In this document: positions 24,016 to 34,516 of the stretch, one piece after another
How the letters are laid out: each line of letters opens with the position of its first letter
Numbering within the stretch: position 1 is the stretch's first letter
Virus record (IMG/VR): IMGVR_UViG_3300045988_078200
Length of the DNA: 48,007 nt
Strand: one strand, 5' to 3'
DNA from: a virus
Notes under the pieces: generated by a model
Databases searched by the model: none
Seen by the model: the letters and a program-made list of their open reading frames with translations, nothing else
What the model was told of the DNA's origin: nothing
Position numbers and translations under genes: made by a program

Positions 24016-25071
24016 ATGGGAATCGAAACTACCATCTATACCCCCCGTACGCTGGGGAAGCTGGTTCGGCGTATGCCTCCGGTGCATACGTTCTTCCGCG
24101 ATACTTTTTTCAAGAACCGCCGGACGTTCAACACGAAGAGCGTTGACGTGGACTTCAAAAAGGGGTCCCGCGCCCTTGCTCCCTTTGTTCATCCGAAAGT
24201 GGGCGGGAAAACCATCCTGAACACGGGCTATCAGACGAAGAGTTACACCCCCGTTCTGCTGGCCCCGAACAAGATTACCACCGTTGACGACCTGTTGGAG
24301 CGGGCCGCGGGCGAGGACCCTTACAGCGGCAGAAAGCCCGCGGAACGCGCCGTGGAAAAGCTGGCGGAGGATTTGCAGGAACTGAACGAAATGATCGTGC
24401 GCCGGGAAGAGTGGATGGCGGCGACGGCGATCTTTACGGGGCAGATTCCGATTGTTGGCGAGGGCGTGAATGAGGTCATCGACTTTGACTTCACCAACAA
24501 AGAAACCATCGTGTCCACGGAAAAGAAGTGGGACAACGCGCAGAGCGACCCGCTGGCAGACCTTGAACGGTGGCACAAGGCCGTACAGAAAGAGGGGTTC
24601 GTGAACTGCAATATCTGCATCATGGCGGAGGACGTGGCAACGGCTTTCGTAAACCACGCAAAGGTCAAAGAAGTGCTGGACGTGAAAGCCTATGACCTCG
24701 CGGTCATCAAGCCCCGCCAACTCCCGAACGGAACAACCTATGTCGGAACGGTCCACAAACTGGGGCTGGACATCTACCAGTACAACGAGTGGTACTTGGA
24801 CGACTGGACGGAGCCGGACGAACCGGAAAACAAGCCCCTTGTACCGGACAAGCATATTGCCTTGCTGTCCACGGAGGCGGATTACTCCATCTACTACGGC
24901 GCAATCACCATGATTCCCGAAGAGGGCAAGGGATTTGTCACCGTGGAGGGCGACAAGGTGCCGCAGACATGGATTGAACGCCGCCCGGACCGCCGCTTCC
25001 TGCAAATCAACAGCAAGCCGCTGACCGTCCCCCATGAGGTCAACAGCTGGTACGTGGCGCAGGTGCTTTAA
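24016..25071 (+). CDS. Major capsid protein, lambda gpE family.
   Basis: 351 aa. The N-terminus reads TPRTLGKLVRRMPPVHTFFRDTFF...VDVDFKKGSRALAPFVHP. Confidence 0.85.
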   Translation: MGIETTIYTPRTLGKLVRRMPPVHTFFRDTFFKNRRTFNTKSVDVDFKKGSRALAPFVHPKVGGKTILNTGYQTKSYTPVLLAPNKITTVDDLLERAAGEDPYSGRKPAERAVEKLAEDLQELNEMIVRREEWMAATAIFTGQIPIVGEGVNEVIDFDFTNKETIVSTEKKWDNAQSDPLADLERWHKAVQKEGFVNCNICIMAEDVATAFVNHAKVKEVLDVKAYDLAVIKPRQLPNGTTYVGTVHKLGLDIYQYNEWYLDDWTEPDEPENKPLVPDKHIALLSTEADYSIYYGAITMIPEEGKGFVTVEGDKVPQTWIERRPDRRFLQINSKPLTVPHEVNSWYVAQVL

Positions 25072-25073
25072 CC

Positions 25074-25409
25074 ATGAATTTCAAAGATCAGGTGGAGCGG
25101 GATTTGACCGCCGTATTCCACAACAGCCGGGAACACGCCGACGTTATGGAATTCTGGATTGACGGAATCCGCTACAAAGGCCCGGTCATTATCGACGACG
25201 GCGGGGCGCAGGACCGGAAGAAGCCGTCCACGGATCACGTGGACGGCTTGGTTCTTGTCGATCTTGTCATGTATGTTCCGCTGTCCCTGCTGAAAACCAT
25301 CCCGCAAAAGGACCTGAACGTGGAAATCGGGGACTGCCTGTACCGAATCACAAAGGTTCACCCGGAAGCCGGGGAAATCGTGCTTTACATGGAGGCGTTG
25401 ACCGAATGA
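25074..25409 (+). CDS. Putative head-tail connector or head completion protein.
   Basis: Called from position and size. Confidence 0.4.
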   Translation: MNFKDQVERDLTAVFHNSREHADVMEFWIDGIRYKGPVIIDDGGAQDRKKPSTDHVDGLVLVDLVMYVPLSLLKTIPQKDLNVEIGDCLYRITKVHPEAGEIVLYMEALTE

Positions 25410-25972
25410 TTCAGATTACAGCCGACCAGATCGAGCGGGTGAACCTGATTCTTTCCGGCGTTCCAAAAGGCGCGGAAAAGGCAATGGCAAGCGTCATCCG
25501 CCGAGCCAACAACACCGTGAGATCAGAGGCCCTAAAGGGCATCACGAGCGTTTACGCAATCACCCGGCAGAATGTCCGGGCAGACACCACAATCAAAGTG
25601 CGGACGCAGAAAGCAGACGGCGGGGTTGTGGGAACGGTATCGTTTGCCGGGTACAAAATCCCCCTTTACCGCTTCAATGTCTCCCCGACCCTCCCCGTCC
25701 AGCGCGCGACCGTTTCGGCGGCGGTGCTGGCGGAGAGCGGGCGAACCCCGTTTGCACACGCATTTATCGCAAAAATGAAAAGCGGTCATACGGGCATGTT
25801 CGAGCGGGACGGAACAGGCAGACTTCCGATCACCGAGTTCATGGGACCGTCCGCCGCACAGATGGCGGCGAACAGCGTGGTTGTGGAGCAGGTGGAGGAA
25901 AAGGCGCAGGAAGTCATAAACAAGCGGATTGAGCATGAAATCACCCGGATTCTGAACGGCTACGGAGGATAA
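25406..25972 (+). CDS. Minor tail/tail completion protein, gpZ-like.
   Basis: FIAKMKSGHTGMFERDGTGRLPITEFMGPS resembles the Minor_tail_Z pattern. Confidence 0.5.
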   Translation: MIQITADQIERVNLILSGVPKGAEKAMASVIRRANNTVRSEALKGITSVYAITRQNVRADTTIKVRTQKADGGVVGTVSFAGYKIPLYRFNVSPTLPVQRATVSAAVLAESGRTPFAHAFIAKMKSGHTGMFERDGTGRLPITEFMGPSAAQMAANSVVVEQVEEKAQEVINKRIEHEITRILNGYGG

Positions 25973-25975
25973 GCC

Positions 25976-26467
25976 ATGACACCTTTAGACCTTTTGGACG
26001 TGCTGGAAGAGTTCGTGCGGCGCGAAACAAAGGACATGCTTTTACCTGTCCGCGTAGACCGCCGGAGCGGAGAGCCGAAAGAGCGGCCCGCAGAAATTTA
26101 CAAAATGCGGTTGCCGACCAAAAAGGCGCAGACCGAGCGCGTCCCCTATCTGCTGTTGCAGTACATCAAAAGCACAGACACACAGGAGCCGGGACAGGAA
26201 CCGGAAAGCGTCTGTACGGTGCGCATCGTCGCCGCGACGTATTCGGAGGACGAAAGCGAGGGCGCAACATGCGTCCTGAACCTGCTGACCCGAATCCGGG
26301 TTGCCCTGTTGAAAGACGGCGTGATTGGAGAGCGGTACATGCTGAAACCGCCCCTTGAAATGATTGTGTACCCGGACGGAACGACAGCCCCCTACTATTT
26401 GGGGGAAATGATGACGGAATGGGAAATGCCCGTTGTAGAAAGTGAGGTTCAAAAAGTATGGCAATGA
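25976..26467 (+). CDS. Putative tail completion/terminator protein.
   Basis: Called from position only. Confidence 0.35.
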   Translation: MTPLDLLDVLEEFVRRETKDMLLPVRVDRRSGEPKERPAEIYKMRLPTKKAQTERVPYLLLQYIKSTDTQEPGQEPESVCTVRIVAATYSEDESEGATCVLNLLTRIRVALLKDGVIGERYMLKPPLEMIVYPDGTTAPYYLGEMMTEWEMPVVESEVQKVWQ

Positions 26468-27006
26468 ACTATAAACCCAGCATGACGAAAGCGGAATTGC
26501 TGGAAATCGCCGCCGAAAACGGCGTGCAGGCCGACGACGGCATGACAAAAACGGCGATTCTTGCCGCGCTGGACGGCGCAAACAGCCGCGCGCCCGACGG
26601 GGCGGAACCGAACACCAGCCCGGAGGAAACCGCCGCAGACGGCCAACAGGCCGCACAGGGCGGCGCAGGACAGGCCGGGGACAGAGAGGGAACCGAGGAC
26701 ACCGCCGGGCAGGAAACGCCCACAGAGGACGCGCAGGAAGCCCCGGAGGGGTACAACCTGTTTGTCTATGCCGGGCCGTCCCTCCCCCGCGGGAGACTGA
26801 AAGAAAACGCCGTGTTCAACGGGACGTTCGAGGACGTGAAAGCGTACCTTGCGGACGTGATCGCGGACTATCCCCTTGTAGCGCGGATGATCGTCCCCGT
26901 TGAGCGGCTTTCCGCGTTTCACGTCAAGGTGAAAACGCCCGGAAACCTTGCGCACAAGTATTACAACGACATTGTTTCGACAATGCGGGGAAACAAGGAG
27001 GTATAA
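26458..27006 (+). CDS. Hypothetical structural-module protein with an N-terminal HeH/Rho_N-like motif and a low-complexity linker.
   Basis: The N-terminus reads MTKAELLEIAAENGVQADDGMTKTAILAALDG. Confidence 0.5.
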   Translation: MAMNYKPSMTKAELLEIAAENGVQADDGMTKTAILAALDGANSRAPDGAEPNTSPEETAADGQQAAQGGAGQAGDREGTEDTAGQETPTEDAQEAPEGYNLFVYAGPSLPRGRLKENAVFNGTFEDVKAYLADVIADYPLVARMIVPVERLSAFHVKVKTPGNLAHKYYNDIVSTMRGNKEV

Positions 27007-27009
27007 CAA

Positions 27010-28440
27010 ATGGCAGAGTATTTCCACGGGGTTTCGACGCGGCAGGTTGACACGTCGGTTTCGACCCCTGTTACGGCAGATTCCGGGATTGCGTTCGTTG
27101 TGGGCGCGGCCCCGGCGCACACCGTCGGCGGAAGCGTGAACGACCCGATCATGTGCCAGAGTTACGCAGAGGCCGTGGCCGCTATGGGGTACAGCGACAA
27201 CTGGGAAAACTATCCGATCTGCGAAGCGATCTACGCACAGTTCAAGCTGTACGGCGTATCGCCCGTCGTATTCGTGAACATTCTGGACCCCGCAAAGCAC
27301 AAGAAGAGCGTTTCGGAGCAGAATTACCCCGTCACGGACGGAAAGGTTCTTTTGCCGCTGGAAGCCCTGAAAGACACGGTGAACGTCACAGACTATACCG
27401 TGGGCGAGGATTTCGACCTGTTCTACGAGGGCGAAAACCTGATTCTCGAAGTGATCGAGGGCGGGAGCATTCCAGCGCGGACGGGAGAACTGACCATTGC
27501 GTTTGACGCGGTGGACCCCTCCAAAATCGCGGAGAAAGACATTATCGGCGGCTTTGAGGTAAGCACAAAGAAGTATTCCGGGCTGGAACTGATCGACAAG
27601 GTTTTCCCGAAATACGGAATCGTGTGCGACATGATTCTTGCGCCGGGGTGGTCCCACAAGTCCACCGTCGCGGCGGCAATGCGGGCAAAGGCGGAAACCA
27701 TCAACGGCGTTTTCCACGGCGCAAAAGCCCTGATCGACATTGACACAACGGAAGTCACGCATTACGCAGACGCGCCCGCGTGGAAGAAAACGCAGAACAT
27801 CAACGACAAGGCGGAAATCCTTTGCTGGCCCCTGTTCGGGCTGGGCGATTACGTGTTTCATGCGTCTGTCCACACCGCGGCGCGGATGACGGCGACCGAT
27901 TCGGACAACGGCGGTTGCCCGGCGGAAAGCCCCTCCAACAAGTCTTTGCAGATCGACCGGGCGTGCCTTGCCGACGGAACCACCGTTCTTCTCGACCTGA
28001 ATCAAGCAAACTACCTGAACAGCAACGGCATTGTAACCGCGCTGAACTTCATCGGCGGTTATGTCCTTTGGGGCAACGAAACCGCCTGTTTCCCCGCCGA
28101 TACGGACGTGAAGAATTACTTCATTCCCGTGTCGCGCATGTTCGGATGGGTTGCGAATTCGCTTGTCCTGTCCTATTGGAGCAAGTTGGACAAGAAGATG
28201 ACGCGCCGCCTGATCGACAGCATCGTGAATTCCGTTAATATCTGGCTGAACGGCCTTGTCAACGAGGAAAAGCTGCTGGGCGGGCGCGTGGAATTTCTGG
28301 AAGAGGAAAACAGCGAAACCGCGCTTATGGCTGGCAAAGCGGTTTTCCACATCTACATGACCCCGCCCAGCCCGATGAAAGAATGCGAATTCGTGTTGGA
28401 GTACGACGCGGACTATGTTTCGTCGGCTTTGGCGGCATAA
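27010..28440 (+). CDS. Contractile tail sheath protein.
   Basis: 476 aa. The N-terminus reads YFHGVSTRQVDTSVSTPVTADSGIAFVVGAAP. The tube gene follows it. Confidence 0.85.
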   Translation: MAEYFHGVSTRQVDTSVSTPVTADSGIAFVVGAAPAHTVGGSVNDPIMCQSYAEAVAAMGYSDNWENYPICEAIYAQFKLYGVSPVVFVNILDPAKHKKSVSEQNYPVTDGKVLLPLEALKDTVNVTDYTVGEDFDLFYEGENLILEVIEGGSIPARTGELTIAFDAVDPSKIAEKDIIGGFEVSTKKYSGLELIDKVFPKYGIVCDMILAPGWSHKSTVAAAMRAKAETINGVFHGAKALIDIDTTEVTHYADAPAWKKTQNINDKAEILCWPLFGLGDYVFHASVHTAARMTATDSDNGGCPAESPSNKSLQIDRACLADGTTVLLDLNQANYLNSNGIVTALNFIGGYVLWGNETACFPADTDVKNYFIPVSRMFGWVANSLVLSYWSKLDKKMTRRLIDSIVNSVNIWLNGLVNEEKLLGGRVEFLEEENSETALMAGKAVFHIYMTPPSPMKECEFVLEYDADYVSSALAA

Positions 28441-28455
28441 GGAGGGAAAGACAAC

Positions 28456-28974
28456 ATGAAAGTTGACAACGGCACAACCAACTTTGCCGTGTATGAGGAC
28501 GCGACGGAGTTTTACGGAATGGCGGAAGCTACGCTTCCTGAAATCTCGCAGATCACGGAGGAAGTCAAGGGCGCGGGAATCGCGGGCGCGTTCAACGGCG
28601 CGTTCGTCGGGCATATCGAGGCAATGACGCTGACCCTGAATTTCCGTTCCGTGACCGCCGACGCAATCAAGCTGGCAGAGCCGCGCAACCACCAGCTTGA
28701 CTTGCGCGCGGCACAACAGTATTGGGACAACAGCGCGGGCAAGTTCATTCAACAGTCGGTAAAACACGTGCTGATGGTAACGCCGACGAAGTTCGCGCCC
28801 GGAAAGCTGGCCCCCGCCGCCTCCGCGGAAGCGTCCGGGGAGTATGCGGCGACCTATTTCGCAACCTACATCGACGGGAAAAAGGTCCTCGAAATTGATA
28901 TTATCAATTTCATTTACTACATCAACGGAACCGACTATCTGGCCGACGTTAGAAAGGCACTTGGCAAGGCATAA
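28456..28974 (+). CDS. Tail tube protein, P2 FII-like.
   Basis: 172 aa with ...ATLPEISQITEEVKGAGIAG...LTLNFRSV. Confidence 0.8.
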   Translation: MKVDNGTTNFAVYEDATEFYGMAEATLPEISQITEEVKGAGIAGAFNGAFVGHIEAMTLTLNFRSVTADAIKLAEPRNHQLDLRAAQQYWDNSAGKFIQQSVKHVLMVTPTKFAPGKLAPAASAEASGEYAATYFATYIDGKKVLEIDIINFIYYINGTDYLADVRKALGKA

Positions 28975-29044
28975 GCCCGGCGGGGGTCCTCCCCGCTGGG
29001 CTTTCCTTTGCCCTTTTTCTGTATTTGAACCTATGAAAATCTGA

Positions 29045-29470
29045 ATGGAGGAATTGACCATGAACGACACCGAGAAAAGAACCGCCGCAGAGGGCGCAGA
29101 GCGGCCCGCAGGCGCGGCGGAAGCCGTCACCCATGAACCAGCACAGGAAGCCGCAGAGAAGCCCGCAGAGGGCAACACGGGCGTTTATACGCACGTGTTC
29201 AAGAAGCCTTTCGAGTATGAGGGAAAGACCTACACCGAACTGACGTTCAATTTCGAGCGGCTTTCCGGGCGCGACATGGTTTCCATTGAAACCGAAATGC
29301 AGATGAACAACGAATACGCCATTGCGCCGGAAATTTCCCGGAGTTTTCAAGGGAAGATGGCGGCAAAGGCCGCGGGCATCGGAAGCGACGTGCTGGAAGC
29401 AATGCCCCTGAAAGACTTCAACAAGATCACCAACGCGGCCAGAAGTTTTTTAATCGACACGGGCTTTTAA
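29045..29470 (+). CDS. Tail assembly chaperone, gpE-like, frame-0 product.
   Basis: It lies between the tube and tape-measure genes. The motif LTFNFERLSGRDMVSIE is present. Confidence 0.75.
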   Translation: MEELTMNDTEKRTAAEGAERPAGAAEAVTHEPAQEAAEKPAEGNTGVYTHVFKKPFEYEGKTYTELTFNFERLSGRDMVSIETEMQMNNEYAIAPEISRSFQGKMAAKAAGIGSDVLEAMPLKDFNKITNAARSFLIDTGF

Positions 29471-29631
29471 GAAGCCCGGCCCGCTGGTGGCGGCGGGAAT
29501 GCTTCAAACTGGCACAGGCGACCTTTACGCCCGTCCCATTCTGGCTTGACATGACCGTAACGGAGATCACGGCATGGATTGAGGACATCAACGCCGCCAC
29601 AGCGGAGCAGAAGAACCAGAAAGCGAGGTGA
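29045..29631 (+). CDS. Tail assembly chaperone, -1 frameshift product (gpE+E'-like).
   Basis: A T_TTT_TTA slippery heptamer lies at 29446-29452. The -1 frame stays open to the TGA at 29629-31 and encodes ...FTPVPFWLDMTVTEITAWIEDINA, a GpE'-like pattern. Confidence 0.65.
29446..29452 (+). other. Candidate -1 programmed ribosomal frameshift site.
   Basis: TTTTTTA sits in X_XXY_YYZ register relative to frame 0. Confidence 0.6.
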
Positions 29632-32600
29632 AGAATTTGGCAGGAAGAAAGGAATATGAACTTCTCTTCAAACTGACCGCCGCATTGGGCGGAAACTTCA
29701 ATGCGGCATTCAGTAGCGCGCTGAATACCACGCGGCAAATGCAAAACAGCCTGCAAAAGCTAAATTCTATCACCGGAAAGATCGACGCTTACAAAAAGCA
29801 GGAAGCCGCCCTTGAATCGAACCGTCAAAAGCTGGAACGACTGACCGCGGAGCATGAACGACTGCAACGGGAGATCAGCGAAACCGGAGAGCCGACGGAA
29901 GAACTGCGGGCAAAGATGGCGCAGAACGAACGACAGATCGCGGCGACCACATCGAGAATCGAGCAACAGGAAGCGCGGCTGAACGAATTGGGCGGAGAAC
30001 TGTCCGACGCAGGGGTGAACACCTCCCGTCTGACCGAGGAAAACGAACGATTATCCAAAAGTTACGAGCGGGTCAAAAAAAGTCAAGAGGAATTGGCAAA
30101 GGTAAACGCCGCGTTGGAACAGAACAACGCGGCGATTTCAAAGACCAAAACGCAACTTGCGGGGACCGTCGGAACCCTTGCGGCACTTGGGACGGCGATT
30201 TACGCCGGGCCAGTGAGAAAGGCCGCGGAGTTTGAAGCGCAGATGTCCACCGTAGAAGCCATTTCCGGCGCGACCGCGGATGAAATGAAGCGTTTGTCGG
30301 ATGAAGCAAAGAGAATGGGCGCGACGACGCAGTTTACCGCCGTGGAAGCCGGAAAAGCCCTCGAATACATGGCAATGGCCGGATGGAAAACAGACCAGAT
30401 GTTGGGCGGCTTGCCGGGAATTATGAACCTTGCGGCGGCATCCGGCGAGGACTTGGGGCAGGTTTCCGACATTGTGACGGACGCGCTGACCGCATTTAAC
30501 ATGACGGCAGATCAGGCGGGCCGCTTTGCGGACGTGCTGGCGCAAGCGTCGAGCAATTCAAATACCAACGTGGCAATGATGGGCGCGACTTTCCAAAAAG
30601 TGGCCCCCGTCGCGGGTGCGCTGGGATATTCCGTCGAGGACGTTTCCCTTGCAATCGGCTTGATGGCGAATGCGTCCATAAAATCGGAAGTGGCCGGAAC
30701 CTCGCTGAAAACCGCCCTTGCGAACATGGCGAAGCCGACAAAGCAGATGAAAGAGTACATGGACAAGTACGGAATCAGCCTGACGAACGCAGACGGAAGC
30801 ATGAAGTCATTCCGCGAAGTGGTGGACAACCTGCGAAGCAGTCTTGGCGGGCTGTCTGAAACGGAGCAGGTGGCGGCGGCAACGGCCATTTTCGGCAAGG
30901 AATCCTTTGCGGGTATGCTGGCGATCGTCAATGCAAGCGAGGCGGATTTTCAAAAATTGTCCGATTCGGTCAACAATTCCGCAGGCGCGGCGGAGCGAAT
31001 GGCACAAATCAAACTGGACAACTTTCAAGGAAAAGTAACGCTGTTGCAATCCGCGGTTGAGGGCCTGCAAATTGCGCTGGGCGACGCGCTGTTACCGACG
31101 TTTACCGAGGGTGCGGAAAAAGCCGCGGAACTGATCTCCAAACTGACCGAGTTTATCAACGCAAACCCGGAATTGGTGCGCACGATTACAAAGGTTGTCA
31201 CCGGACTTCTCGCGTTCAAGGCGGCGGGGTTGGTGGCAAAGCTGGCGTTCCTTGACCTGAAAGGCGGGGTTCTGACCATTCAAAAGGTCATGGCCCTGTT
31301 CAAAGGCAAATTCGCCCTTGCGGGCGTGGAAGCCGTGGGCTTTGCGTCTAAAGTCAAGGGCGTTGCAAAAAGCGTCACAGGGTATTTCGGCGGAATCGGA
31401 AGCGCGGCGGGCGGCGTAGGCCGCGCGTTCGGGCAGATGTTCGCCGGAACGAAAATCGGAAACCTGTTTTCCGGTATCGGCGGAGCCGTGGGCGGCGTGT
31501 TTACCCGCGTGTTTTCCAGCGTGGGCGGCGTTGCTACGCGGGCGTTTACCGGAGTAGCGGGAACCATTACCGGAATATTGGGGCGGGCCGGGGCCGCAGT
31601 TGCGGCGGGTCCGCTTGGAAAAATCGGAAGCGTGGTTGCAAAGGGGTTCGGGAAGCTGTCAACCCTGTTCGGCCCGCTTCAAAAGCTGGGCGGCGCGATC
31701 TTGGGACCGTTCAGCGGCATTCTTGGGAAAGTGCTTCCCGTCGTGGGTGTAATCACCCTGATTATTTCGGCGGTGCAAATCCTACGGGACAATCTGGATA
31801 AGGTGCGCGAGGTCATCCGAAACGTGTTCGGTGACGCGGGCGTTGAAGTGTTCGACAAAATCGTGTCCGCGATCTCGAATATCGGAAGCACAATCCAGAG
31901 CATCTTCACAGACGGGAACTTGGGCGGAGCGCGGGACTTCCTGATCAACCTGTTCGGAGAGGAAGCGACGGGCGTTATCGACGGCGCGATCACGGTTTTG
32001 CAAACTGTGTGGAATATCCTTTCCGGCTTTATCGAGTTCGTGAATACCTACGTCCGCCCGATCGTGGAACAGATTTTTACATTCATCGTTCAAACGGTGC
32101 TTCCGCAGATCGCGCAGGCGTTCGCGGATTGGGCACCGACAATCGCATCCATCCTGCAAGGGCTGGCAACCGTCGTTTCGACGATCGCAACGGCCATTAT
32201 GTCCGTGATTCAGTTTCTTATGCCGACGATTCAAAATATTATCAGCGTTGCGCTGACGACCATTCAAGGGGTTGTGTCCGGCGCGCTGACGGCGATTAAA
32301 GGCATTGTGGACGTGTTCGCGGGCATCTTCACGGGGGATTGGTCCCGTGTGTGGGAGGGCGTGAAAGGGATATTCAGCGGCGTTTGGAATTCCCTGAAAA
32401 GCATTGCAAGCGGCGTTCTGAACGGAATTATCGGCCTGATCAACGGCGTAATTTCCGGGCTGAACAAACTGAAAATTCCTGATTGGGTCCCCGGCATCGG
32501 CGGAAAGGGCATCAACATTCCGTTGATTCCGACTTTTGCAAAAGGCACGAAAAGCACGCCTGACACGTTCATAGCGGGCGAGGCGGGCGCGGAACTTGTC

Positions 32601-32945
32601 ACGAATGCAAAGAACCGGACCGTTTTCAACGCGGCGGAAACCGGGGCGATCTTCCGCAATCTCGCAAACACCGTCAACACCATTCGGGCGGGGGTTGGCG
32701 TTCCGGCCCTGCAACTGGCTTATGCAGGCGCGGAGGCCCCCAGCGTGTCGGCACCGTCTATCGCGTCCGGCGCACGGCAAGCGTCGATCGTCATTCACAG
32801 CGCGCCCGTTTTCCATGTTGGGAGCGAGGCGCAGGCGGAGGACATCGAAGAACTGCTACGCAGGCACGATGAAGAACTGCTGGACGAAATCGAAGAGCGG
32901 AAGCGGCAACAGGAGGACGACGAAAGGCGGCGGAACTATGACTAA
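29628..32945 (+). CDS. Tail tape measure protein (TP901-type core).
   Basis: 1105 aa. The core is ...EAISGATADEMKRLSDEAKRMGATTQFTAVEAGKALEYMAMAGW... with Gly-rich TM-like repeats. Confidence 0.9.
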   Translation: MKNLAGRKEYELLFKLTAALGGNFNAAFSSALNTTRQMQNSLQKLNSITGKIDAYKKQEAALESNRQKLERLTAEHERLQREISETGEPTEELRAKMAQNERQIAATTSRIEQQEARLNELGGELSDAGVNTSRLTEENERLSKSYERVKKSQEELAKVNAALEQNNAAISKTKTQLAGTVGTLAALGTAIYAGPVRKAAEFEAQMSTVEAISGATADEMKRLSDEAKRMGATTQFTAVEAGKALEYMAMAGWKTDQMLGGLPGIMNLAAASGEDLGQVSDIVTDALTAFNMTADQAGRFADVLAQASSNSNTNVAMMGATFQKVAPVAGALGYSVEDVSLAIGLMANASIKSEVAGTSLKTALANMAKPTKQMKEYMDKYGISLTNADGSMKSFREVVDNLRSSLGGLSETEQVAAATAIFGKESFAGMLAIVNASEADFQKLSDSVNNSAGAAERMAQIKLDNFQGKVTLLQSAVEGLQIALGDALLPTFTEGAEKAAELISKLTEFINANPELVRTITKVVTGLLAFKAAGLVAKLAFLDLKGGVLTIQKVMALFKGKFALAGVEAVGFASKVKGVAKSVTGYFGGIGSAAGGVGRAFGQMFAGTKIGNLFSGIGGAVGGVFTRVFSSVGGVATRAFTGVAGTITGILGRAGAAVAAGPLGKIGSVVAKGFGKLSTLFGPLQKLGGAILGPFSGILGKVLPVVGVITLIISAVQILRDNLDKVREVIRNVFGDAGVEVFDKIVSAISNIGSTIQSIFTDGNLGGARDFLINLFGEEATGVIDGAITVLQTVWNILSGFIEFVNTYVRPIVEQIFTFIVQTVLPQIAQAFADWAPTIASILQGLATVVSTIATAIMSVIQFLMPTIQNIISVALTTIQGVVSGALTAIKGIVDVFAGIFTGDWSRVWEGVKGIFSGVWNSLKSIASGVLNGIIGLINGVISGLNKLKIPDWVPGIGGKGINIPLIPTFAKGTKSTPDTFIAGEAGAELVTNAKNRTVFNAAETGAIFRNLANTVNTIRAGVGVPALQLAYAGAEAPSVSAPSIASGARQASIVIHSAPVFHVGSEAQAEDIEELLRRHDEELLDEIEERKRQQEDDERRRNYD

Positions 32946-33147
32946 ATACACCACCATAGCCGGGGACATGTGGGACGCAATCGCCTATAAAACGCTGGGC
33001 GACGAAGCGTACACGGACAGAATTATGAAGCTGAACCCGGAATACCGCCGCCTTTTCGTGTTCCCCGCGGGAATCGCGCTGACCATCCCGGAGCCTGAAT
33101 CGCAGGTTGCGGCGGGGTTGCCGCCGTGGAAAAGGGGGACGGCATGA
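32938..33147 (+). CDS. LysM-like tail protein X.
   Basis: The stretch is YTTIAGDMWDAIAYKTLGDE...IMKLNPEY...PAGIALTIP. Confidence 0.75.
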   Translation: MTKYTTIAGDMWDAIAYKTLGDEAYTDRIMKLNPEYRRLFVFPAGIALTIPEPESQVAAGLPPWKRGTA

Positions 33148-34178
33148 ACGCGAGAAGAGCGGTTATCCGCCTGACCTTTTCGGGGGTGGATATTTCGGCG
33201 GACATCAACAAGCATCTTCTTTCGCTGACCTACACGGACAACGAAGAGGACAAGACGGACGACCTGCAACTATCCCTTGACGACAAGGAGGGCGTATGGC
33301 TGGGAAGCTGGCTGAATACGCCCTCCGCGTCAAAGGGGGCGGAAATCTCCGCCGTAATCGTGCAAAAGAATTGGGAATCGGACGGGAAAGACCGGGTTCT
33401 TGACTGCGGCGTGTTCGCCGTGGACACGGTGGACGGGAGCGGCCCGCCCGCGAAAGCGACCATCAAGGCCGGGTCTATCCCCTACGCCTCCACCATTCGG
33501 ACACAGAAAAAGACGAAAGCGTGGGAGAAATACACGCTTTCCGGCATTGCAAAGGAGATTGCGGGGGCGAACGGGTTTACCTGCATGTTTGAATCCGCGT
33601 CCGACCCATTTTATCAGCGGAAAGAGCAAATGCAGGAATCCGACATCACCTTTTTACAGCGGCTTTGCAAAGCGGCTGGAATCTCCCTGAAAGTCACGGC
33701 AAAGATCATCGTCCTGTTTGACGCGGCGGCGTATGAGCAGAAAGACGCGGTGCGGACCATCCAGCGGGGAAAAGCGGACGTGGGAAGCTATTCTTTTTCC
33801 ACGAGCCTGCACGACACCGCGTACAGCAAATGCCACGTGTCCTACACGGACCCGGCCACGGGGACGACGATCGAATACACCTACACCCCGCGGGACGCGG
33901 ACAAGAGCGGCCAAACGCTGGAAATCAACGAAAAGGTATCAAGCCGTGAAGAGGCCCGGCAACTGGCAATGAAGCGGTTACGGGAAAAGAACAAAGGAGA
34001 ATTCAAGGCATCGTTCAAGCTGGCCGGGGACGCGCGCCTTGTGGCGGGCGTGACGGTTCAGGTGGCCGGGTACGGGGCGTTCGACGGAAAGTACATCATC
34101 GAAACGGCGGCGCATTCCATATCCCGGAGCGGGTATAAAACTGATCTGACCTTGCGCCGCGTGCTGGAGGGCTACTAA
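33144..34178 (+). CDS. Baseplate hub/late control D-like protein.
   Basis: 345 aa in the syntenic position after gpX. ATGA start overlap with the preceding gene. Confidence 0.7.
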   Translation: MNARRAVIRLTFSGVDISADINKHLLSLTYTDNEEDKTDDLQLSLDDKEGVWLGSWLNTPSASKGAEISAVIVQKNWESDGKDRVLDCGVFAVDTVDGSGPPAKATIKAGSIPYASTIRTQKKTKAWEKYTLSGIAKEIAGANGFTCMFESASDPFYQRKEQMQESDITFLQRLCKAAGISLKVTAKIIVLFDAAAYEQKDAVRTIQRGKADVGSYSFSTSLHDTAYSKCHVSYTDPATGTTIEYTYTPRDADKSGQTLEINEKVSSREEARQLAMKRLREKNKGEFKASFKLAGDARLVAGVTVQVAGYGAFDGKYIIETAAHSISRSGYKTDLTLRRVLEGY

Positions 34179-34514
34179 ATGAGCGAATTATCCGTTTTGA
34201 AAAATATGGTCCGAACGGGCATTGTCTCTTCCGTCAACGCAGGGAATCGGACGGCCCGCGTGACATTTTCGGACAAGGGAGAAAGCCCGATTGTTTCGGG
34301 AGAACTGAAAGTTCTGAAAAACGCGCCGTTCATCCCGGCGCAGAACGCGCCGCAACGGACAGAAACCGAGAGCGGCGGAAGCGGCGACGCGGCCTTTGCG
34401 GGCCACAGCCACGCCGTCAAGATCAGCCCGTGGCTACCGTCGCCGGGGGATTACGTGCTTTGCATCTACCTCCCGACAGAGGACGGGGACGGGTTCGTGA
34501 TTGGGGGGATTTGA
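34179..34514 (+). CDS. Baseplate spike/plug protein, gpV-like.
   Basis: RTGIVSSVNAGNRTARVTF...GDYVLCIYLPTEDGDGFVIGGI. Confidence 0.65.
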   Translation: MSELSVLKNMVRTGIVSSVNAGNRTARVTFSDKGESPIVSGELKVLKNAPFIPAQNAPQRTETESGGSGDAAFAGHSHAVKISPWLPSPGDYVLCIYLPTEDGDGFVIGGI

Positions 34515-34516
34515 CG

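Noticed and set aside
26449-29178. A 909-aa minus-strand ORF, with similar long antisense ORFs at 23392-25035, 14826-16070 and 31782-32816.
   Set aside because: They lie antisense to well-supported sheath, capsid, parB and tape-measure genes. They have low-complexity Arg/Gly/Pro-rich translations and lack ribosome-binding sites. These are the stop-poor antisense frames typical of GC-rich DNA.
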